Position numbers and translations under genes: made by a program
NCBI GenBank assembly: GCA_013239625.1
Contig: MU053934.1
Span: forward strand, 5,474,399 to 5,538,398
Reading direction: 5' to 3'
Length of the DNA stretch: 64,000 nucleotides
Source of the DNA: Lama guanicoe
Taxonomy: Eukaryota
Shown here: one piece after another, positions 12,918-23,910 of the stretch
Layout of the letters: each line of letters starts with the position of its first letter
Position numbering within the stretch: position 1 is the stretch's first letter
Notes under the pieces: model-generated
The model's input: only the letters and a program-made list of their open reading frames with translations
What the model was told of the DNA's origin: nothing
Databases searched by the model: none

Positions 12918-14414
12918 TTTTTAGAAGGAATGGTAGGCTTTTTAAAATTCAGGCTTCAAAAGAGATGCTTTTTTTTTTTTAATTGAAGAGATGTCTCTTC
13001 ATTTCATGTCATAGAGATAGCTGTCATTTACTATTACAATCCAGTGTAATGGTTGTAGCTTCAGAAGAAAACAATAGCAATTTTACAAAACAACACAGTA
13101 TTAAAGTTTCTGAATATTTAGGAACCACAAGTACTAGAGAAATCAGTTTGCTACTGTTTCAGTTTCTCTACTTTTATGAACATATGCAAAAAAAAAAAAA
13201 GAGGTACATACGTCTACTATACATGCTATTCTCTGCAGACCTTTCATTCTACCTGTAGCTACCACCCTTGTCAATTTCATCCATCCTTGTCTTACCTATT
13301 ATCCTTTGAAAGTTTTATGAAGTAGCTGGTCCAACAGATGGGCAGCTAGCCCTACCCAACATATGTCATAGGAAAAGTAAGATAAGGATATATAAAGTAA
13401 GTCCCTTTCCTTTACTCAGCTAGAAACAGTAAGACTCCCCTTAAAGGAAAGCAAATAGTCTTAACCGTTATTAAGAAAAGTTACTGGACTGGGATGATCT
13501 GTAAGTAACAACATAATCAAAGAATGGAGAGGGAATTCAAATGCTAACTTCTACTTCCTAAAATAAAATATGGACTTGCCCACATACAGCGGACAACTAG
13601 AATACAGAGCAGGAAAAAAAATCCAAGTCAGTTTAACTGGGAACTATTTCATCAAAGACAGATGGGAAACATTCAGATAAGCATCATCTTGTTTAGAACA
13701 CAAAGATCTGTGGGAGGAAAAGGAAAGGCAACCTGGAATGCATAGCATATATGAAAAGAAAGAACTAATAAATGACTCATCATGATCTTATTTGTAAAAC
13801 CAGAAAGAACAGTAGTAATATCTCTCCTTTCTGTCCCCATCCTGTCCATAAAGTGTAACCTGATAGTATCTGATCCTGGCTTCAGATGGATATCTGTGTC
13901 TTTCAACATACTATCTAAGCGCTCCCTGAGGAGAACAGTGAGACCAGTTCTGCCAGAGACAGTATCTGCCAGAACCAAGGAGTCTAATTTTCCTTTGAGT
14001 GAAGGCCAGTGGATGGGAAGAGGTCCCCAAATGCCACTTGTATGAATCTTTCAAGATATGCTCTGAAATAAGAAAACACTACAGACTACATTTTAGCAGA
14101 AGTCTAAAAATAACAAAAGAACATTCCCTATTTTTAGATATCTAACTTAGAAGTTTAAGAGTACTAAAAGTGAAAGAAATCATTAAAAACAAAGTGGAAT
14201 TTTAAAATGTTTTAAGACACTTCTGAATTAGGAAAACTGTTTTTAAGAGAGAGAATTTCTAAAATCCTGCACTCTTTCTGTTGATTGCCTCCTTGCTCAA
14301 ACTTCCCCATCTCTAAAACTTAGAGTCCCAATCCTTCATGTTATCAAGAACATTTCCAAAGAACCAAAAGATGAGACCCAAAGGTTTACCGCAAAAGAGA
14401 AAGAACAGCTGGCT

Positions 14415-14510
14415 GGGGCATTATGCTGTACACCAGAAACTGACAGGCTGTAACTGATTATACTTCAATTTTTTAAAAACCAATGAAAAAAAATTAAAAA
14501 CTTGAAGGAA
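14415..14510 (+). mobile_element. Very short L1 3' tail
   Basis: ttatgctgtacaccagaaactgac...tatacttcaat followed by an A-rich tail. Confidence 0.65.
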
Positions 14511-14944
14511 AAAAGAGAATAGCTAAGAAAAAATTTTAAGGCACGCTTTCACAAAGAGACAAAAAGAAAAGCATAGATTAGTGATTAAAGACAGTACTAT
14601 ATAAAACAGCAAAAGTAATTTAAATATCCTTCATTAAAAGCAGCACCACGGACTAAAAAAATACTTCATTAAAGAAGGCAAATAGTTTTTTTCTCACATA
14701 TGTCTTCTCATCGAACAGTTTTAAGATCAGTAAGCATCTAATTCAAAGCTGTGTCTGAATATCCATTAGGAAAAAAATATTAATAGTTTTTACAATAAAA
14801 ACCTGAAAATGCAGTACATTTACTGGACAATTTATGTTTACCCTCCATCTTCCTCCCCACCTCTATCCAAACCTCATACAAAGATGCCCAACATTTTTTA
14901 AGAAACCTATGGCAAATAGGATTTGCAGGAAATATGGGAATTAC

Positions 14945-14990
14945 CGGACTGTACTGCCATCATTAACATCTCAGGTTCCAGTAGCGTCAT
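14945..14990 (-). CDS. MRTFA: MRTF-A short isoform (MKL1_S/BSAC) alternative first exon, coding part
   Basis: Minus strand reads ATG ACG CTA CTG GAA CCT GAG ATG TTA ATG ATG GCA GTA CAG TCC G|GTAATT = MTLLEPEMLMMAVQS, the known BSAC N-terminus. The phase-1 donor matches that of the long-isoform exon. Confidence 0.95.
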
Positions 14991-15520
14991 GACAGATTCT
15001 TCTCAGAAACAACAGCCCACAAATATGAGGAAAAAATTCGAAGTCACAGAAGAAAGATGTTGTCTTCAGAGGCTACCGAAGCTTTCATAAATTCAATCTC
15101 ATGCCTCACGCTCAAATCGGGCTGTGAGAACTCACTCCCCTGCATAAAGTGCAGTTACCAATTTATCCACCCTTCAGGCAAGTCAAGATGGCACAGAATT
15201 GAATTGCTGCCGACAGGAAACCAAAAAGCACTCAAGTCAAGACATACGAAGTGTGGTTAGAACAGTGAGTGAGCTCCTCCCCTTGCTATTCGTCTCTGGG
15301 GGGAGGGGAGAGACATACAGAAAGAGACCTTCAGAAAACAGATCCACTGCTTTCTTCCCCTTCTCTTTTCAGGAAGAGGTTTTGTTCAAAAGCTTAGTAT
15401 AAGGTACTGTGCTGCTAATGCAGTTTACAGCAACAGATTAAACACGACCCAAACAACTCAATCTTGTGAAAGACAGAGCCCTACTGCTAACCCATTAATG
15501 GGAGGTGGGGATGGGGATTA
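14991..15520 (-). promoter_or_regulatory. Probable 5'UTR and internal promoter of the short isoform, including a perfect CArG box CCATTAATGG at 15492-15501
   Basis: Repeat-free sequence directly upstream of the short-isoform ATG, with G-rich KLF/SP-like tract near 15297-15310, RUNX-like TGTGGT near 15252 and the CArG box. The TSS cannot be placed from sequence. Confidence 0.55.
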
Positions 15521-16482
15521 GGCACATATAAACACATAAATACAAAGAAATACGTATGGTGAATTAGTTTCGGAAAAAGACTTCCAATGGCTTTTTTATC
15601 TGTGATATTTATAAATAACAGGCTAAGGAAGTTGAATATTTAACTACAGAAGCACAAATATTTTTCCACCCCCACTCCAATTAAAATATCTGTTTCAAAA
15701 AGTCATCCGAAACATTCCGGAGCTATAATCTGTCTTTCAGATCTGCCAACCCCCTAGAAAGAACTCCTTACTTGTGCCTGTGTAAGACATGAGACCTGAG
15801 AATAGGCAGTTTCATGGTGTTACCTGACTTTTCTAAAATGCTTTATGATCTTGCTGGATGTTTAGAATATATAAGACAGTTTCAATATATAAGAATTTTC
15901 CTTTCCTGATAAAGAAACTTCAATCCTTTGTCCACTAACACAGAGAAGGATCTTCTGAATAAAAAGGAACACGGACACTTAACCTTCCATTGCAAAAACA
16001 AATTAAAATCCTTTCAAACTACAGCAATTTTCACTTATCCAAAATTAAGGACTCATTCATTCCCTCCACAGTACTTTTTACTGATACTCATAATAAGGAT
16101 ATTAAGATGCCTTTTAGCATACTTGATTGACTTTTAAATAGCTGAAAACTGGAAATCCATTTTTGGTATGTTTAGCTAGAATTCCTCAGTCTTTCTGGTT
16201 AAGTAGCAGCCTGTATCTTGAAAGCCTACTGGGCAAACTCAGCCCAGCAAATGCCTTAATGCTTACATAGTCAAACAAATGACAAATGAAAGCACTAAGA
16301 GACCTTAAAAGAGAAAATCATCTCAGAATGATTGAGGGCAACATTCTGTTATTAGAAAAGAGAAGGCAGTGCAGATCTGGGGTAGGGCAGATTCTGTGGA
16401 GGAGAGAGAAATTTCCTTTCTTTCTCACTCCAAGAACATCATGTTTAAAGGAAAAGCCAGAAAAGCTCTATATAGAACTGTG

Positions 16483-16707
16483 GGAATGACTCAACAGGCA
16501 ACACGGAGTGGCAGCCAGTGTGGGCTAAATGCTGCTCTGGGCAGACAGAAGCATTCTCACCAGCCCCTTCGTGCAACCAAGCTCTCAAACAGTCTTATGA
16601 AAATGGGTAAATTTCAACCCTCAGACTATGTGATAGTCTGGTCAGAGGTTACCAACGAAAGGAAAAGCATCTCTAAAAGCTTGAGTCATTCCTTTGTCCA
16701 TATGTGG
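16483..16707. promoter_or_regulatory. Candidate enhancer with two inverted TEAD/AP-1 composite sites and a CArG-like box
   Basis: GGAATGACTCAA at 16483-16494, its exact reverse complement TTGAGTCATTCC at 16681-16692, and CCATATGTGG at 16698-16707. Confidence 0.45.
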
Positions 16708-17559
16708 GTTGTACAATTTGCTGTGTGAGGGTTTTTCAAATGAAACAACTTCTCACAGTTCTGTATTTATAGGAAAATAAATACAAATTATAAGATTCCT
16801 GCACGGAAGATGGCAGGAAGGGCAGAAGACTGTTTCCCTCCTGCCAAAACATTTCTCTTCACTGTAGAAGAGTGCTCAGAATGCCGCAACTGTCAATATC
16901 CCAGCCGCACAGAGATACAGTACTGATAATCATGTGGTGATAGTAACATTAACACATCACATTTCAACTGGTTTAACTTTTTCACAGCAATTCCATACCC
17001 ATTATTTCACGTGCAGTTTAGGATAAAAGGAACTAAAAAAAGAAAAATAATTTTTAAAACAGAAGATCCAAAAAATTAATCTTGAAAAAAGAAACAATAA
17101 ATAACATAATCTGCCTACTGCTAAGATTCTGCATTTATCCTGAAGAGTATCAGCTCAACAACAGACTCACTGTGAAAACTGGATTTAAAATAGGTTTCAC
17201 AATTTCAAAAGTCTGAACTCTTATGGCAGTTTCAGAGTTCACTAATCTTTGTGCAAATTAGCAAAATTTCATAGAGAGAGAACTTAAGCAAACTTTGAAA
17301 AGGTCTCTGCACAAGTGAACATGATTTTCAAGTTGAGGGCACCAAGGGAATGAAGGGTCATGATCTTAATTTCCAATAAAATAAAAGCTCTTTTGCCTTT
17401 AATCATAACTCTAGCTAATTAACACAAATTTAATACTATCTACAGTCTCTATTAATCCACTCCAAAGGGATGTAACAACTGCAGGATATTAATATAGTTT
17501 ATTCATAAAGCTTTCCCACCCTGCACTGGCTCCCCAAAGATCTTTAATGTGCATAGTCA

Positions 17560-19060
17560 AGAGGAACTAGACAAGTTCATACACTACATGACCTTCCTAC
17601 TGGATTTGTCATAGTTTCCCTAATCTTAAAACTTCCTATTTCCTTGATTTTCTTTAAAAATTCTACTTTCCTGCCTCTCTGACCTTTCCTCTCAAAATCC
17701 TAAATGGCTCCTCTTTCTCTGCTCCTCTCAGGGGCACCCCCTTCCTTTCTTCCTCCACATAGTCTCCCTGGGCAATCTCATCCTTTCTTAAGGTTAACTA
17801 CCACCTACTTAGTGATGCTTATCTAGCTCTGTCTTTACTTGTAAGCTACCAACTATGGATCTCTACCTGGCTTGGCTATCCCTAAATTCAGTGTGTACAA
17901 AAGCAAACTTCCAATTTCATCACTCTGCACCAACCTCTCAAGATACATTGATTCCATTTGTCCCATCTTAGGTAACAGTACTGTGGTCCTAAACTATAAA
18001 CTTAGACTACCCTTCCTCCAACCCCAAACATCTAAGTATAACTAATTATCTTATAATTTCTTCCTCAAATCCAACCTTTTTGTTCCATCCCTACAACCAA
18101 TGCTTTATTTTAGGTCCCCAATTTTTTATTTCTTGCCTGGAGTATAATAACAGGTTTTTAAAAAGATTATAGAGAAGTTCAAACATACACAAAGGTAGAA
18201 AGAATGGCATAATAAACAGCTAATGTACCCTGACACTTAGTTCAAAATTTATCAATACATGCCAACTCCCCCAGCACCCAGCCAATATCAGACCACTCTG
18301 GAGCAAATTCTAGGCATCATCTAATTTCATCTTTATTCTGTATATCCAAAAGATAATAATTATTTTCCTAACATAACTACAATACCATTACCACATCTAG
18401 ATTTTTAAAAATTCCTCAATATCATCAACTATCCAATAGATGTTCAAATGTCCCCTACTGTCTCATAAATTTTTTAGAGTTGATTTATTCAAATCAGAGT
18501 CCAAAAAGGACAACACATCACGTTTCATTGATGTGTCTCTTTTAATCTACAGATTCCCACTTCCTCTTTTATTTTCTTGTGGTTTATTTGTTGAAAATAA
18601 CCATTGTTTTCCCACATTTTGGATTTTGCTAACCGTATCACAACTGGTGTCATTTAACATGCTGCTCCATCCTCTATATTTCCAGTAAATTAGAAGTTAG
18701 ATAGAGTCGTGATTCAACTCATGTTTTTCATCAGAGTATTTCACAGGTGGTAGCATGTACTTCAGCAATAGCTTCTTACCTTTGCTCCTTCTCTCCAGCC
18801 TTGCCTTAACTAAAAAATATTCTTGTTACCAACTGATTCTTATTCATCCTTCAAAACTCAGTTGAAGTGCTGTGTTCTCTAGAAAGCCTTCCCTGATCAC
18901 ACCCTCTATGGATATGCTAAATACCCTCTTTGATGCGCCCCCAAAATCTGTGCCCACCTCCATTACTGCTCTTACCACATAGCTTATTGTCTCTGTATTA
19001 ACAGGTCTAGGTCAGTGTCTGACATGTGACAGCATTCATAAATGTAAGCCAAATGGAATG
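17560..19060. mobile_element. Degenerate L2 fragments with a nested old L1 (~18160-18760)
   Basis: Pyrimidine-rich L2 motifs (tctccctgggcaatctcatc, agaaagccttccctgatc) and an L1ME-like insert. Confidence 0.5.
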
Positions 19061-20649
19061 AAAAGCCCTATGTATCGCAGAAAATTCTAACATTATGGGA
19101 AAAGTTGATAACAACAAAAGAATCCCTATCTACCCAGAAAAGGCTGCTACTATTTTCATTAGAACACATGCTGAAGGTATTATTATATAGAAAACTACAT
19201 GAGGCAGACTACAATTATCCACAGGACTGAAGTATAGGGTTAGCATGAATAAGGACACCCACAACTGTAACCTCAGGAATATTAAATGACAATGACAATG
19301 AAAATGCTCAAACTGTAGGGGATGAGTAGAAGAAACCAAAGAAACAAGACAGCCTGGCTCACCTAAGAAAACAGGCAATCCTTTAAGCATTGAAAGCGGT
19401 CAGCTTCGCTAACAACTGATACCAATTCCTAGGTTAGAATATAGTATAGACAGGTACACACAAAATTAAAAATGCCTTTTTGTGATCTCTGTGGGATTTC
19501 AGAACACAGAAATGTAATCCTATTCCCTTGTTCATTTCTGATTTGGGTTCTTACAAGTGCATGCAGAAGTTTACTGAGGTTCAGCTCTACAAAGATGTAA
19601 TTATCACACTGAAATTTTACAGGTCTCAACCAGTAAAGTCTCTCCCCCAGACACATGGTGTTGGGCAAAGTGAAAACACCTAAAAGATAACAGAACCCAG
19701 CACGCAGGCAAGTTGTTACAGGTCCTGGGCAGCTTCCATTTCCTGTGACCACAACCTTACTGATGAAAAACCCAGTCAAGACCTGCAAACCTGGGAGAAT
19801 CACATATTACCATAGGTATTCTACTTCCTGGCCGCAGGACAGATGAAGGTATACTTTCAGCTAACTTTTCAAAGTATAGTAAATGTTACGGGCTATGACA
19901 GCTGTAAATATAAACAGCCAACTCATTCATACAGTATATCTGAAATACTGTTGTTATGCACAGTGTAACACGAATGGGGTCACAAAGACAAGGATGAACC
20001 ATACAGCCACTGCCTTGGCCCTTAAGGGCCTTATAATGGAGTAGAGTAGAAAATCTCTAACCAACAATTAAAAAGGGAAAAAATGAAGTACTAAGTAAGA
20101 GTATGAACAATGAGCTACACAAATGTAAAAGCAGCAGCAATTAGTTCTGGTTATAAGAGACTTGAATTGCTTCTTAGGGGAAGGATGATGTGAGCTGGTC
20201 CTTAAAAAATAGTCATCAGAGTTTATCAGTTTCGTTTCAAATTCCCAATTCCACAGACTTACACACCAAGAATCAAAGAATAACAAAGTAAAAGAAAACC
20301 AATCTTGACCTAATCCAGCCCCTTATCCACAGAACTAAAGGTGAGAGACATGTAAGAAACTCTTGAGTATTTGTGGAAGAACTGTAAAAATGATGTTTTA
20401 GTGAGAAAGAAAATGAAATGAATGGTCAAAAACTATGAAACAACTACAAACATCTGGGGAAAGGTTATTCCTCACTAATAATCAAAGAAATACAAACTAA
20501 AATGAAAATATTTCAACTATTAAACATGAGCAAAGTCCTTTACAAATAAAACTATCAATGCTAATAAGTGAACGGGCACTCAAACAAGTATGACAGAAGC
20601 GCAAATTGGTAGGCCACTTTGGAGTGCACTGGGACAATGTATTTCTTAA

Positions 20650-21160
20650 GAACCTCAATTGTGAACAAGGCCTACAAAGGCCTGTGTGATCTGGCCCCTA
20701 ACTATTTACTTATTTCATATCCTTTTCTATCTCACTCTCTCCACTGACTCCATGGTAGTCTTTTAGTTCTTCTGTGCCAAGTTTTCCCCCAGACCCCCTT
20801 CCCCAGTTCCTTTCCCTCAGCCTTAACACATGCTGTTCCCTCTTTCCTTTGTTTGGCCAGCCACTACTTGTGCTTTGGCTGTCAGCCTAAATGTCTCTTC
20901 AAAGAGGCCTTTGCTGACAATCTCCCCACCTAAATTATAACTATCACAATTACGTTTGCTATTCTATAACATCTTGTGGTTTCCTCCCCCTAAGCACTTA
21001 CCAAAATTTGTAACTAAAAATTGGCTTGTATAACTCTTTGTTTAATCTTTCTCTTTCATTAACTGTAAACTGCACAACAATGAGAACTTTTGTCTTGTTC
21101 CTACTGTCTCTCCATTACTTAGCATACAGATGGTGCTCAACAGTCACTGAATAAATTTTT
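20650..21160. mobile_element. L2 3' fragment
   Basis: ggcctacaaaggcctgtgtgatctggcccc...ggtgctcaacagtcactgaataaat. Confidence 0.65.
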
Positions 21161-21611
21161 TCAATGTTAAAATGGTCAAATTCTTTAAGCCAATATTTTC
21201 ACTTCTAAGGAAATAACCTAAAATGTAGAAAAGGTGTTAAAAGATGTTCATCCAAACATTAGTATAAGTGTGAAAAATACAAAATGATTCAAATGTCCAA
21301 TCAGTGGAGAAATTAAATAAATGATGGCACAGAATGGAAGTAATACACACATTAAAAAGTTACTGATAAAAATATTTCAATGCCATAAAAATCTTAAGCT
21401 ACAACGCTAAAATTAAAAAAGAAGGCCATACAATTGAGTCTATAGCATTAGCTCAGTTATTACTATTTTTTTTAGCTCAGTTATTTTTAAAACATACATT
21501 TGGAAGAAAACTGGAGCGAAATAAACCATATGCTAACAAAAAATTTCACTGGAGTTAAATAAAAATTTAACTCCATTGGTAGTTATTTTTGCTTTTTTTG
21601 TTTGTTTTTAA

Positions 21612-21631
21612 AAGAAAGAAAGAAAGAAAGA

Positions 21632-21666
<35 letters not shown>

Positions 21667-21690
21667 AAAGCAAGCAAGCAAGCAAGCAAA
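21612..21690. repeat. Compound tetranucleotide microsatellite (AAAG)n(AAGC)n
   Basis: Seen directly in the sequence. Confidence 0.95.
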
Positions 21691-22329
21691 AGAAAAAAGG
21701 GAGCTTCTATCTGGTATCTGTTCTCCAGGAGCCCAGCACAACATCTGATGAATATATGAGAATGGAAAATTGATTACTGCTAAACACTGAGCTGAAGCAG
21801 GTTATGAAATTCTCTAAATCACAGTATAAACAGAATTGCTTAATGAACTGGCATGCTTAGGATTTGGGCATTTTTACATTGGCTGGAAGACCTAATTTAG
21901 AAAATCCTTGACAACCAGGCTTCCTGAGGAACATAAGTAACAAATTTCTTTCCTTTCCCCAAGAAAATACTGTAATTTGGATCAGAAACTGCCCACTCAA
22001 AATTTTTACTTCTCCCAGCAGTTAATTAGTACCTCCTGTGCAACACTAACCCATGAAAGGATACAGTGTACCCTTACATGAAAAAAAAAAAATTATCTGC
22101 CCTGTCTTCTACAGGCTACACATCGTGGAAAACAAACGAGTACTTCATTTCACACAAAGGAGAAAAGCCTAAGAAAAGGGACTGAGTATGGCCTTTTCAC
22201 TCCCATCCTCTCCTGCTCACTTCTCTTTACCTAAGTCTTCCCACCCCATCTAGCACAGCAGATAACAGAGATGTACAAACTGTATCTGTTATTTCTCCTG
22301 GAAAAATATTTGGGAACAGCAACAACAGT

Positions 22330-23910
22330 CAGATAATGAAAAAAAAAATCAAAGATAAAAAACAACATTAACATAAATGAAATCTGAAAATAAAGCTAAC
22401 AAAAGATATGTAAAACCACAGTACAGAAAATTATAAAACCTCACTGGGAGATTTAGAAAGTCTAAATAAATGGAGAAAAACACCACATTCATGGTACAAT
22501 ACTCTGAAGATGTTAATTCTCTCCAAATTGGTTTATATACTTAATGCAATCCCAATCAAAATCCCACAGTGATTTTAAAATTCATATGGAAATGCAAAGG
22601 GCCAAGAATAAGCCAGGAAAGAGACTCTTGGAAGATGAAAAAGATGGGAGGACTTACTTCTCCCACATAACAGAGCAAACTACAGTTATCATAATCAAGA
22701 CAGAGGTACTGGTGCAAGCACAGACCAGCGGAAACAGTGAGCTTGGAAACACACACAGGTAAGTCCTTAGTACACGAACAAGATAGCTCAGTGGGAAAGG
22801 ACAATATTCTCAATAAGTAAGAATCCACTTGAAAAAAAGTTAAATAGAGCCTTACTTTACCCCCATACAAAAAATTAAGATATAAAATTCACTAACTATA
22901 AAAGATACATAAAATCAATTATATTAAAGTAGAAATCCTTAATTAAAAGATACCATAAAGAGAACCATAAAGATAAATCAAAGAGTGGGACAAGATATCT
23001 GTAACACATTTAAGCAACAACAAACTAGTATTCAGAACATATTTTTTTTTAAAAACCTTCTATTAGTCAATAAGAAAAAACAATACAGTAGGGAAAAATG
23101 GGCAAAAAATGTCACTTGGCACTTCACAAAAGAAGAAATCCAAACGGCCAATACATATAAAAGATATTTAACTTCATTAGAAAACAGTAAAATGAAAATC
23201 AAGATCTTAAGATACCTTCAGAAGTAAATATTAAAAATCCAAAATTCCAAGTGCTGGCAAGGATATGGAGCAGTGGGAGCTTTCATATACTGCTGATGGG
23301 TATATAAACTGTACAACCACTCTGGAAAAGAGTTTAGCATTCCCTAGTAATTGTGTATTACTATATACATTATAGGAATTTCCATTCCTACGTATATATG
23401 CATGTGCCCATGCACCAGGATACATGAAATGCATTCACAGCAACACTGTAATAGCCTAGCTCTCGTAACAACCCAGATATTCACTAGCAGAATGGATTTT
23501 TTAAAATTATGGAATAATTTCTCATAGGAGCATCCACTATACAGTAATGAAAATGAATAAACTAAAGCTATGTACATTAATGGATAGCACATATACTGAG
23601 CAAAAGAATACAGAATCATTCCATTCACATAAACTTCAACTAAACTATACTGTTTAGGAATAAATATACAGTGGGTAAAAAATGATTTTCAAGAAGTCAG
23701 AATGGTGGCTACTCCGAGGAAGAAGAGATGGAGTTATAATCAGAGAGGAGAATATAGTAGGAGGGAGGCTTTCTTGGGGCTCACAGGAGCTACTGTTGAG
23801 TTGAGTAGTGGTTACACATCTCTTTGCTTTATGGTTATTATGTAAACTATCATGATCAATGCACTTTTCTGTATATATGTTATTATTCCCCCCAAAAAAG
23901 AGAAAATAGT
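22330..23910 (+). mobile_element. Old L1 (L1ME-like) ORF2 3' region and 3'UTR
   Basis: aatgcaatcccaatcaaaatccc; degenerate ORF2 peptide EKWAKNVTWHFTKEEIQTAN. Confidence 0.8.
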
